Positions 34,961-43,521 of a DNA stretch of 64,000 bases are shown one piece after another. The DNA comes from an uncultured bacterium (lineage in GTDB: Bacteria > Babelota > Babeliae > Babelales > JABCYS01), in assembly GCA_963705705.1 (NCBI GenBank), contig CAVPKK010000004.1:96668-160667 (forward strand), given 5' to 3'. The translations under genes were made by a program, and so were the position numbers. The notes under the pieces are model-generated. The model did no database searches. It was given only the letters and a program-made list of their open reading frames with translations, and was not told the origin of the DNA. Positions within the stretch are counted from its first letter, which is position 1; the number at the start of each line of letters is the position of its first letter.

Positions 34961-36640
34961 GTGAAGAAAATTTTCCTTCTATTACTTACCACATCACTTA
35001 GTTTATATGCAGATACCTTGCAACAAATTAATGGTTATGTAGATGCAGGAGATCTTAATAGGGCCATTGCGCATGTCGGAGATGTAACGGGCATGCAACG
35101 TTCAACTATTTTAAACAATGTAATTGATCATTGGTCACCAACAGCGATGCCACAATTAGCGCGCGATATAAAAGATGCAGCAACTAATTGGCTAACATCT
35201 GCCGAAGCACAAAAAATTTTCGCGGCGGTTAACGAAAAAGTAAAAGCTGTTGGCGCCATTCGCCGCGGTATGCCTGGCCAACCTGGCCAACCCGGTGCAG
35301 TGCAGCCAGTCGTTCAACCGGTAGCACAACCAGTGCAACCTGCACAACCTTTGGCACCAGTTCAACCTATTGTACAGCCAGCAGTTCCTCCAGCTCCACC
35401 ATTGGTACCGCCTGCTCCGCCGTTAGTGCCAGCAGCTCCGGCAGGGGCGCCGAATGTAGCGCCGGCTCGACCAAAACCAGTAGGACCCGGCGGAATACTT
35501 AAATCTATTTTGCCCGCGCGCGGCGAAACACCAATTGCTGATTACTACCAACTCGCAATTGGCCGCTATGATGGTTCGATACGAAATGGAAACATCTCAG
35601 ATGCAAAATTGATCCTGGGCCGGCTCATTACCGAAATTGGAAATGATGAAAAAAGTCTTGGTGAAACAGAATACGGCGAACTCACTACCGAACTCAGATT
35701 GCGTGGATTGTATCCGCTTGCAAATCTAAAGGCATCATATGGCAATGGCCAAGCACGAGTACTTACGGCAATGCAACAATACTACTTAGAAGTTGCAATA
35801 CCCGCCTTTGATCAATTCATCAAAGATAATAACGCTGACGGTGCCGCAATGTTATTAGGTGATGTAATTATCCAAGAAATTAAGGATGCCAATATATTTG
35901 AAGCAAATCAGTTACAACTGGTTGGTTTACTTAAGCAGTTGCGCGATAGAGGTCTGTATCCAATTACAACCCTCTACACAACGGCTGAATGTATTCGCGA
36001 GATGAAAAAACAGCCGGGCTCTTCACTAGCTGGTTGCATAAAGAAAGCGGCAGCAGCCCCAATCACCAGACCAACAGAACCACTAGCTCCTAAACAAGTT
36101 GTTGATCAATTTGCACTTGACGCTGCGAAACTTATCGGCGAAGGCAACTTTACTGGCGCATTAAAAGCGATTAGCGCAGCTAGAATTGGCAACCGCAAAC
36201 TATTGCTCTTGCAGATCATTGATAATTGGAGCACGGCAAAGAACACGCTAACTTCAAAAGATATCAACGAAGCGGCAACAAACCTTTCTTCGCTTGATAA
36301 AATCCAAATCGAGCGAAGCATGGCGGCAGTGGAGGAAGATCCAAACGCTGCAACAGCCTTCTCGTTCATTGGCAGCGGTGAATATGGCCAAGCATTCATA
36401 TTGTTAGCCAGCATAAAGAAGGAATATCGTTTGCCGGTATTTCTACAAATACTCGATATGTGGCGAGATAAAACGAAACCAGCTAACGGCACAAAACTGC
36501 CTGCACCTATTACCATCGAAAGAATAATGTATACCAGAGTAGATTACGGCAGCATGCGTGCACGTGCAGGCATGTTACTTACAGGTGCTGATCTCGAATG
36601 GGCAAATAAAGTTCTTGAATCAATAAAAAAGTCTGAATAA
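34961..36640 (+). CDS. Secreted mosaic protein (helical module A x3, P/Q/V linker, YP module x2)
   Basis: GTG start with AGGAG SD, signal peptide, internal repeats. Confidence 0.8.
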   Translation: MKKIFLLLLTTSLSLYADTLQQINGYVDAGDLNRAIAHVGDVTGMQRSTILNNVIDHWSPTAMPQLARDIKDAATNWLTSAEAQKIFAAVNEKVKAVGAIRRGMPGQPGQPGAVQPVVQPVAQPVQPAQPLAPVQPIVQPAVPPAPPLVPPAPPLVPAAPAGAPNVAPARPKPVGPGGILKSILPARGETPIADYYQLAIGRYDGSIRNGNISDAKLILGRLITEIGNDEKSLGETEYGELTTELRLRGLYPLANLKASYGNGQARVLTAMQQYYLEVAIPAFDQFIKDNNADGAAMLLGDVIIQEIKDANIFEANQLQLVGLLKQLRDRGLYPITTLYTTAECIREMKKQPGSSLAGCIKKAAAAPITRPTEPLAPKQVVDQFALDAAKLIGEGNFTGALKAISAARIGNRKLLLLQIIDNWSTAKNTLTSKDINEAATNLSSLDKIQIERSMAAVEEDPNAATAFSFIGSGEYGQAFILLASIKKEYRLPVFLQILDMWRDKTKPANGTKLPAPITIERIMYTRVDYGSMRARAGMLLTGADLEWANKVLESIKKSE

Positions 36641-36649
36641 CAACGGTTA

Positions 36650-36682
36650 GGCATGCTGTTCCTAAAGCAGCATGCCTCTGTT
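36650..36682 (+). terminator. Hairpin/terminator
   Basis: GGCATGCTGTT-loop-AGCAGCATGCC just after the stop codon. Confidence 0.6.
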
Positions 36683-36883
36683 TGTCAATTTACTGTATCT
36701 GCTACATAAAAGTGGCAATACGCAAACATAATGTTGCAATAATTACTACTGAATTGTTAAAAATTAGATTATGAGTCAAACGAGTTTGACGTCGTTCCCG
36801 CTTCTCCATAGCCTTGAAGTAGTGGGCAGCACGTCAGAACAACACAAAAAGGGTGTATGAGCACCGAAAAGAAAGGATTCCCC

Positions 36884-38521
36884 ATGACAATGAAACGTTT
36901 TCTAAGCATCGGATTGCTTCTACTTCCGTTTGCTGCAGTTGCAGATGACGATCATCACTCAGATAATACAACCGGAAAAACTTTTTTCTCGGTTAACCCA
37001 CAATACTCAACTGGCCGACCAGAGCATGTAAGCTTTTATCACACTGATCGCATGATGGCCCGCACGGATGGTATTAAAGGATCTTTCCAAGCGGTTGTTT
37101 TTGGTGGTCAATCGACCGATCCTGATGGATTGGCTAGATATTTTTTCCCATTCCAAAAAACTTCTTTGGTAATTGCTGAGGGTCCAAATCCAATACCTAC
37201 ACCTATTGCTCCGCCACCACCAGAGCTTGGGATTAATGATCTTTTCACAGGCGGATCACCTGCATTTAAAAGCGATAGTTATACATTACTAGCGCAAAAT
37301 TTTAACATCGAAACCGCGGATCATAATTTCCAAAGCCGTATCACCATTCGTCCAAAACAAACATTTGTTGGCGGCGCATTGAACTATCGCCAAAGTTTAG
37401 AGCCGCATCGCGAAGATAAAGGTTTTTGGTTTGATTTCACCTTGCCGATTCTGCATGTAAAAAATAGTGTGAATTTGGAAGAAAAGGTAACCTCAAGCTC
37501 AGATCCATTACCGGGAACATCGAAGAACATGAGAGCTGCTTTCATGAATCCAGCATGGAAGTATGGCAAAATTGCACCGTGTGGCCGAGGCAAAACCGGC
37601 GTTGCAGATCTTGAAATTCGCGTTGGCCGTGATTCATTACGCGAAGCTGCTGTTCGTTATGGCGGTTTCTTTGGTGTAATTGTTCCTACTGGCAATCGTC
37701 CTCATGCTCGATTCCTTTGGGAACCAATTGTTGGTCGTAACCATCACTGGGGTATTATTTGGGGCAGCCAATCAACCTTTGATTTGTGGGAAAACGAATC
37801 AGCCACTTCACACATTAAACTTAACCTCGATATAAACAACAACTATCTATTTGAAGGTGATGAACATCGCTCATTTGATTTGCGCGATAAGCAATGGAGC
37901 CGCTACATTAATCTGTATGCTGATTCACGCGCTACCACCACAATTCCTGGTATCAACGTATTAACGCAAAAAATGAAGATTCGTCCGCATGGTACATATC
38001 AAATCAATTCAGGCTTTGAATTTGATTGGGGTTGCCATTTCATGGTTGAAGTTGGTTCACAGTTATATGTGCGTCAAACTGAAGGTGGGCGACTTGCTTG
38101 CCCATGGCAGGAAGGCCCTGGTATTGCAGGTACTTCTGCAGCTTATGGAAATACTGTGCTTAATTTTAATCTGCCTCCAGCTGTTCCGGCTACCAGAACC
38201 CAAAGCAATGCCACCATGCATACATGGGACTACGGCATGATATCTGATGACTTTGATCAAGCACAGCCATTCTATACCAACCAATCGAATGCATTACATG
38301 ATGCATTTATCTTCAAGCCGATTAAGTTTGCTGATCTAGACTTACGTTCTGCTTTCCACCCAACATGTGTTGGTCACACGATCTATGGAACATTAGGCTG
38401 GCAAGATATGGATGCATGCTATCCGTGGGTTGCAGCACTCGGTGGTAGTTATCAATTTGGTACGGATAATACCGTGTTGCAGCGTTGGTCTCTATGGGGC
38501 AAATTCGTACTATCCATTTAA
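36884..38521 (+). CDS. Predicted outer-membrane beta-barrel protein, family member 2
   Basis: KTFFSVNPQYSTGRPEH, AFMNPAWKYGKIAPCGRGK, GRNHHWG, ends WSLWGKFVLSI; start reassigned using the AAGGA SD. Confidence 0.7.
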   Translation: MTMKRFLSIGLLLLPFAAVADDDHHSDNTTGKTFFSVNPQYSTGRPEHVSFYHTDRMMARTDGIKGSFQAVVFGGQSTDPDGLARYFFPFQKTSLVIAEGPNPIPTPIAPPPPELGINDLFTGGSPAFKSDSYTLLAQNFNIETADHNFQSRITIRPKQTFVGGALNYRQSLEPHREDKGFWFDFTLPILHVKNSVNLEEKVTSSSDPLPGTSKNMRAAFMNPAWKYGKIAPCGRGKTGVADLEIRVGRDSLREAAVRYGGFFGVIVPTGNRPHARFLWEPIVGRNHHWGIIWGSQSTFDLWENESATSHIKLNLDINNNYLFEGDEHRSFDLRDKQWSRYINLYADSRATTTIPGINVLTQKMKIRPHGTYQINSGFEFDWGCHFMVEVGSQLYVRQTEGGRLACPWQEGPGIAGTSAAYGNTVLNFNLPPAVPATRTQSNATMHTWDYGMISDDFDQAQPFYTNQSNALHDAFIFKPIKFADLDLRSAFHPTCVGHTIYGTLGWQDMDACYPWVAALGGSYQFGTDNTVLQRWSLWGKFVLSI

Positions 38522-38599
38522 ACTTTTTTGACTATAATCAAATTACATAACGTAATTTTTGGGCCTCTTCATTTGAAGGGGCCCATTTTTGAAAGGATC

Positions 38600-39454
38600 A
38601 TGATGAAAAGAATTATTACCGCTAGTTTGCTCTTTATGGCGTGCGCAATATATGCATACACAGAAGAACAGATGGAAGAGATGCTTGAAGCTGGCCAAGA
38701 TATGGTCGTATATGAATGGCTGAATCGTCCGAAGGCAAATCCAGCTGCGAAACCAGCTCGACCAAAACAAAAGAAGCAATCAAAACCAACAAAAGACGCT
38801 TCGACTGATCAATCAAATGCTCAGCCTTCAACACAAACGTCAGATCAAACAAATAACACTGAATCATCATCAACAGATTCGGCAGCTCCAAATGCATCGC
38901 AAGAATCTTCTGAGCAAACCGGGGAACCAGTTGATAGCCAATCAGATAACACGCAGGCTAACCAAACGGATACCGGATCAATTGATTCGGCCGATGAAAT
39001 CATATCAGTTGAATTCATTGAATCGAATAGCGAACTTATTTCATTAATAGAATCGGAGAACTCACCAAGCGAAGAGATAGTTTCCGAATCAGTTGAGATA
39101 ACGCCAGAAGAAAACCAAGAAGCTGTTGATCAAAGTGCTCCTGCGACCATGCCATCAACGCAGTTATTTGGCATGTATCAAGGCCTTATTGATGACTATG
39201 ATATTTTTGTAGCTGAAGGCAGCATCAAAAGTCTTAAGAAGGCTGTAGGCATTTTAAAACAGCTCGCTACCACATTCAAAGATGATGCTGATATGATTGA
39301 AAATGATACTGATCTACATAATGCATTAGTGGAAAAGAAATTATATCCACGATCTGCATTAAGAGCGCAACAAACCAAACTTGAAAATCGAATAAAGAAA
39401 TTGCAAACAAAACCAGGTGTGCTTGGTTGGATTGCAAGTTGGTTCCGTAAATAG
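38600..39454 (+). CDS. Secreted protein with acidic S/T/Q/E linker and YP module
   Basis: MMKRII signal peptide after AAAGGA; KKLYP motif; amphipathic C-terminus GVLGWIASWFRK. Confidence 0.75.
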   Translation: MMKRIITASLLFMACAIYAYTEEQMEEMLEAGQDMVVYEWLNRPKANPAAKPARPKQKKQSKPTKDASTDQSNAQPSTQTSDQTNNTESSSTDSAAPNASQESSEQTGEPVDSQSDNTQANQTDTGSIDSADEIISVEFIESNSELISLIESENSPSEEIVSESVEITPEENQEAVDQSAPATMPSTQLFGMYQGLIDDYDIFVAEGSIKSLKKAVGILKQLATTFKDDADMIENDTDLHNALVEKKLYPRSALRAQQTKLENRIKKLQTKPGVLGWIASWFRK

Positions 39455-39487
39455 ATTAATCGTTAAACAGTAAGAAGGAGAGTTAGT

Positions 39488-41041
39488 ATGAAGTTAAATA
39501 AACAATTACTTATCGCCCTGGCCATAATGCCAGTCGCATTGGTAGCCGAAAGTCATTCGGATGATAGCTCATCCAAAACATTCTTTTCAGTAAATAACCA
39601 GTATTCAACCGGTAGCCCAGAGCATTTGAGCTTGTACCGATTTGATCGCATGCGCGAAAAAGAAGATGGCTGCCGAGCCTCGTTTCAAGTTGTTGGCTTT
39701 GGTGGTCAATCAACCAACAAACACGGATTGGCACGATATTTTTTCCCGTACCAAAAAAGTTGCTTGGTAATAGCTGAAAGCCCAGATCCAAATCCTATGG
39801 AAGGCGTATTTATTGGTGGATCACCATCATTTCAAAATAACACCTATGATTTGCTGGCACGCAATTTCAATATCGAAACCACCGATCACAACTTTGAAAG
39901 CAAGATCAGTATTCGGCCAGAGCAAACATACGGTGGCGCTGCATTAAACTATTCTCAATATATTTCTCGTTGGCACGATCAAGGCCTTTGGTTCGATATT
40001 ACTCTTCCTGTAGTACATGTGAAAAACAAAGTAAATTTAGATGAGCGTGTCACGAGCAGCAGCACGCCACTCGCAGGTAGTTCGGCCAATATGCGCGCAG
40101 CATTTATGAATCCTGCCTGGAGGTATGGCAAAATAGCTCCTTGTGGGCGCGGAAAAACAGGCGTTGCCGATATAGAAGTACGCATTGGTTTGGATATGGT
40201 CCACAAATGCGTTTGCAATTATGGCGGATTTATTGGCTTTATTGCACCAACAGGCAATCACCCTTCGGCTCGCTATCTCTTTGAGCCTATGGTCGGCCGT
40301 AATCACCATTGGGGTATTATTTGGGGTAGTGAATCCACATTTGAACTTTGGGAAAGCGAAGATGCAGAATCACGCCTTCGTATGAGCATTGATCTTAATA
40401 ATAATTATCTGTTTGAAGCCACTGAGCGCAGATCATTTGATTTACGGGATAAATCATGGAGCAGATACATTAATCTTTTTGCTGATTCAAGAGCAACCAC
40501 CACCATTCCAGGTATTAATGTGCTCACACAAAAAATGAAAATTAAGCCTCATGGTATCTATCAAGTAAATTCTGCCTTTGTATTTGATTGGGGCGAACAC
40601 CTTCAGTTTGAAGCTGGCGCACATTTATTCTTTCGCCAAGCTGAAGAAGGTCGCCTATGCGGCCCATGGATCGTAGGACCGGGGATTGCGGGCACCAAAC
40701 CTGCCACTGCTACTCCTGCAACGAGCATGAGTAATGCCACCATGCATATGTGGGATTATGAATTGATTGGTGATGATGCTGACATGCATAGCGGCAATTT
40801 GCATGTTGATGTTGCTGCCAATATTCCAGTATTTAGACCAATTCGCGAATGTGATCTTAATCTACAATCAGCGTTGCACCCATTCTGCGGCGGCTGGTCA
40901 TTATATGGCACAACAGGATACCAAAATCTTGAATCAAATTATCCGTGGCTTGCAGCCATCGGCGGCGGCTATCAATGGGCTGATGATAATGCATTGATGC
41001 ATCGCTGGTCACTCTGGGGCAAATTATCGGTATCGATATAG
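39488..41041 (+). CDS. Predicted outer-membrane beta-barrel protein, family member 3
   Basis: Same conserved blocks; ends WSLWGKLSVSI; AAGGAG SD. Confidence 0.7.
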   Translation: MKLNKQLLIALAIMPVALVAESHSDDSSSKTFFSVNNQYSTGSPEHLSLYRFDRMREKEDGCRASFQVVGFGGQSTNKHGLARYFFPYQKSCLVIAESPDPNPMEGVFIGGSPSFQNNTYDLLARNFNIETTDHNFESKISIRPEQTYGGAALNYSQYISRWHDQGLWFDITLPVVHVKNKVNLDERVTSSSTPLAGSSANMRAAFMNPAWRYGKIAPCGRGKTGVADIEVRIGLDMVHKCVCNYGGFIGFIAPTGNHPSARYLFEPMVGRNHHWGIIWGSESTFELWESEDAESRLRMSIDLNNNYLFEATERRSFDLRDKSWSRYINLFADSRATTTIPGINVLTQKMKIKPHGIYQVNSAFVFDWGEHLQFEAGAHLFFRQAEEGRLCGPWIVGPGIAGTKPATATPATSMSNATMHMWDYELIGDDADMHSGNLHVDVAANIPVFRPIRECDLNLQSALHPFCGGWSLYGTTGYQNLESNYPWLAAIGGGYQWADDNALMHRWSLWGKLSVSI

Positions 41042-41103
41042 CATTATTAGTTAGAAAGACAATTGCAAAAATAAAGCGCGTCTCTAGGTCAAGGGACTTT
41101 AGA

Positions 41104-41140
41104 CGCGCTCATCCTGAGTTGATCGAAGGATCAGAGCGCG
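41104..41140 (+). repeat. Palindromic interspersed element
   Basis: CGCGCTCATCCTGAGTTGATCGAAGGATCAGAGCGCG. Confidence 0.85.
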
Positions 41141-41196
41141 AATGGATCAAGCGTTCGCAGTTGTATAATAAATTACATCATTTAATGGGGAGTATT

Positions 41197-41814
41197 ATGA
41201 AGCAACTTGTCCTATTTTTCATGTTAATAACAATTCACGGCATACAACTCAGTGCCGCCGGACAAAAAAAATCCGGCCGCTTCACGCCAACCTTACCGTC
41301 CATACCCGAAGAATCACAAGAGCTAACAAATCCGGTTCCGCAGTCGGAAATTCCTGCAGCTGAAACTAAAAAGCAAAAGGATGCTCTCACAACTAAAGAG
41401 GCAAAAACAGAAACCGAAGCACGTACGATTCTAAAGGACGCCTTGCCCAAAGATGACGTTACTGCTGTTTCTACCATACTGAATCAATTTCCCGCTCTGC
41501 TAAACAAGCCATTGCATAATGGAGCCTCCTTACTCAACCTTGCCGCCGATCGTGGAAAAAAGAATATCGTGAACTATCTATTAAGCCTAAAAGACATTGA
41601 AATTAATCAGAGAGACACTGATCACATGACTCCATTAATGTGGGCAGCCAAGCAAGGTGAAACAGAGATTACGACCAATCTCCTCAAGCATGGCGCAGAT
41701 CCTAAGCTGACCGATCGATTTGGCAAAACAGCCTCGTATTATGCTGGCCAGGCTGGCTTCCCCAAGCTCAAAAAGCAGATCAATGAGTTCACTGCAAGCA
41801 CATCAACAAACTGA
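41197..41814 (+). CDS. Secreted ankyrin-repeat protein
   Basis: Signal peptide MKQLVLFF; GASLLNLAA..G..NIVNYLL, TPLMWAA..G...IT..LLKHGADP, D.FGKTA. Confidence 0.9.
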   Translation: MKQLVLFFMLITIHGIQLSAAGQKKSGRFTPTLPSIPEESQELTNPVPQSEIPAAETKKQKDALTTKEAKTETEARTILKDALPKDDVTAVSTILNQFPALLNKPLHNGASLLNLAADRGKKNIVNYLLSLKDIEINQRDTDHMTPLMWAAKQGETEITTNLLKHGADPKLTDRFGKTASYYAGQAGFPKLKKQINEFTASTSTN

Positions 41815-41841
41815 TTACATAGTCAATTTTATCGTCTAATC

Positions 41842-41883
41842 AAAAAGGACCTTTATGCAACAGAGGGCCCTTTTCTTGTTTTT
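41842..41883 (+). terminator. Probable terminator
   Basis: AAAAAGGACCTTT...AGAGGGCCCTTTTCTTGTTTTT (imperfect stem). Confidence 0.5.
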
Positions 41884-41933
41884 CCCCCACAAAATCCATT
41901 ACAGTAAAGTTAAAGAGGTAAAAAAAGGGAGCC

Positions 41934-43505
41934 ATGAAGAAAATTTTAATGTTCGCATTCCTATTCGCAACAGCACAAACAACTCTGGCATCGGTCGCAA
42001 CGGCCACAAATCTGGTTAATGCTGGCAATCTTGCTGCGGCAATACAGGAAATAAATCGCATCCCAAAAGAACAATGGCAGGACAAAAAACAGTTGCTGCT
42101 AAATATAATTAAGCATTGGGACCCGGCTTCGCAACCCGAATTAACAAATCTCCTGCTCAATTCCGCACGACAAAATTTAACAGCCGGTCATTCGCAAGAA
42201 GTCTATCAACAACTACATAACAAGGTCCCATCAATTCCTGCAGCACCGCCAGTCCCACCAGAAGGTCTGGCCCCCGTCGTAGCTGCTGGTGGTCGAATGC
42301 CAACCGAAAAAGAATTGGCCGAAGAAATTGCGCGGCGCAACGCACAGGCATTGCAAGAGCAAATCACTCAGCTGCAACAACAAATAAAAATGCTGCAGAA
42401 ACAGCTAGACGATGAAAAAGTTGCGCATGCCGAAGCAGAAAAAGCCAAAAAAGCACTGCAAGCCGAGTTGAATACTGTGCGTGATCAATTAGCAGCTGAA
42501 AAATCTGCACAGATCAAAGCCGAAAATAGAATCACTATCCTGCAGGGCCAATTAGATAAGGAAAGAACGGCTCGCATTGAAGCAGAACAAGAAATAAAAG
42601 CGCTTGAAAATGAAGTGCAGCGCCTAAAAGACCTGCTTGCCAAAAAACCACAACTCACAGCAACAGGACCGGCAGTAATTACACTGCCTCCAACCAAACC
42701 ACAACTCACGCAAACGGAACCGACTGTAGTTACCATTACGCCAGAAGAGAAAAAAGAAAAAGAAGAAAAACTGGCAGCATCAAAACCAGAAGTTATTACA
42801 ATTCCTCCCACAAAGCCCCAACTTAGGCCAACAGGACCAGCAGTAATTGCAGTGCCTCCAACCAAATCACAACTCACGCAAACGGGACCGACTGTAGTTA
42901 GCCTTTCACCTGAAGAGAAAAAGGAGAAAGAGGAAAAATTGGCAGCATCAAAACCAGTTGTTACTGCAATTCCGCCAACAGAACTTGGACCATCTGGCAC
43001 AAGAGTGACTACTATTCTTCCAATGCCACAGGTTGTAGAACAGGCGCTTCCGCAATTACATCACGGAACTCTAGTCCAGGCGCCTCATCCTGGGATAATT
43101 ACCACAGTTCCAGCAACGGCGGTCGAAGCGCCAGCACACATAGTAATACCAATGCCAGAAAGATCTGCGCCAACACGCGCAGCAAAGCAAGCTGACCAGT
43201 TAATTGAGCAAGCCATTGGCATGAAAGCTGCATTGGATAAGAAGCAGCAATTGTTTGTAAAGCATTTAAATGACGCAGCCTTTGATGCGCGTATCGCAGA
43301 AAACTACCGCAAACAAAATGCTGATTTGCAAAATTCTCTTGCAGCGTTGCAATCTCTACTCGCACAAATAAATACATTGCTACCAGCTGGAACACGAACA
43401 AAACTTGATGAAGAGCGCATAGAAATCCTGAGCAGCGCTATCCGTGATTTAAAGATACAAATAGATAAAAATGGCTTGCTTATAAATAAGCATTTTACAT
43501 TGTAA
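41934..43505 (+). CDS. Secreted protein: module A, coiled coil, P/T/V-rich tandem repeats
   Basis: Signal peptide; SVATATNL.NAGNL N-terminal domain shared with the next gene; heptad repeats. Confidence 0.8.
   Translation: MKKILMFAFLFATAQTTLASVATATNLVNAGNLAAAIQEINRIPKEQWQDKKQLLLNIIKHWDPASQPELTNLLLNSARQNLTAGHSQEVYQQLHNKVPSIPAAPPVPPEGLAPVVAAGGRMPTEKELAEEIARRNAQALQEQITQLQQQIKMLQKQLDDEKVAHAEAEKAKKALQAELNTVRDQLAAEKSAQIKAENRITILQGQLDKERTARIEAEQEIKALENEVQRLKDLLAKKPQLTATGPAVITLPPTKPQLTQTEPTVVTITPEEKKEKEEKLAASKPEVITIPPTKPQLRPTGPAVIAVPPTKSQLTQTGPTVVSLSPEEKKEKEEKLAASKPVVTAIPPTELGPSGTRVTTILPMPQVVEQALPQLHHGTLVQAPHPGIITTVPATAVEAPAHIVIPMPERSAPTRAAKQADQLIEQAIGMKAALDKKQQLFVKHLNDAAFDARIAENYRKQNADLQNSLAALQSLLAQINTLLPAGTRTKLDEERIEILSSAIRDLKIQIDKNGLLINKHFTL
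42645..42980 (+). repeat. Two tandem ~168-bp (56-aa) coding repeats
   Basis: KPQL..TGPAVI..PPTK.QLTQT.PTVV...PEEKKEKEEKLAASKP.V..IPPT occurs twice. Confidence 0.85.
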
Positions 43506-43521
43506 AAATGGGAATAATGAG

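Noticed and set aside
41119..41196. Longer start for the ankyrin gene
   Set aside because: It begins inside the palindromic element; the SD and signal peptide support 41197.
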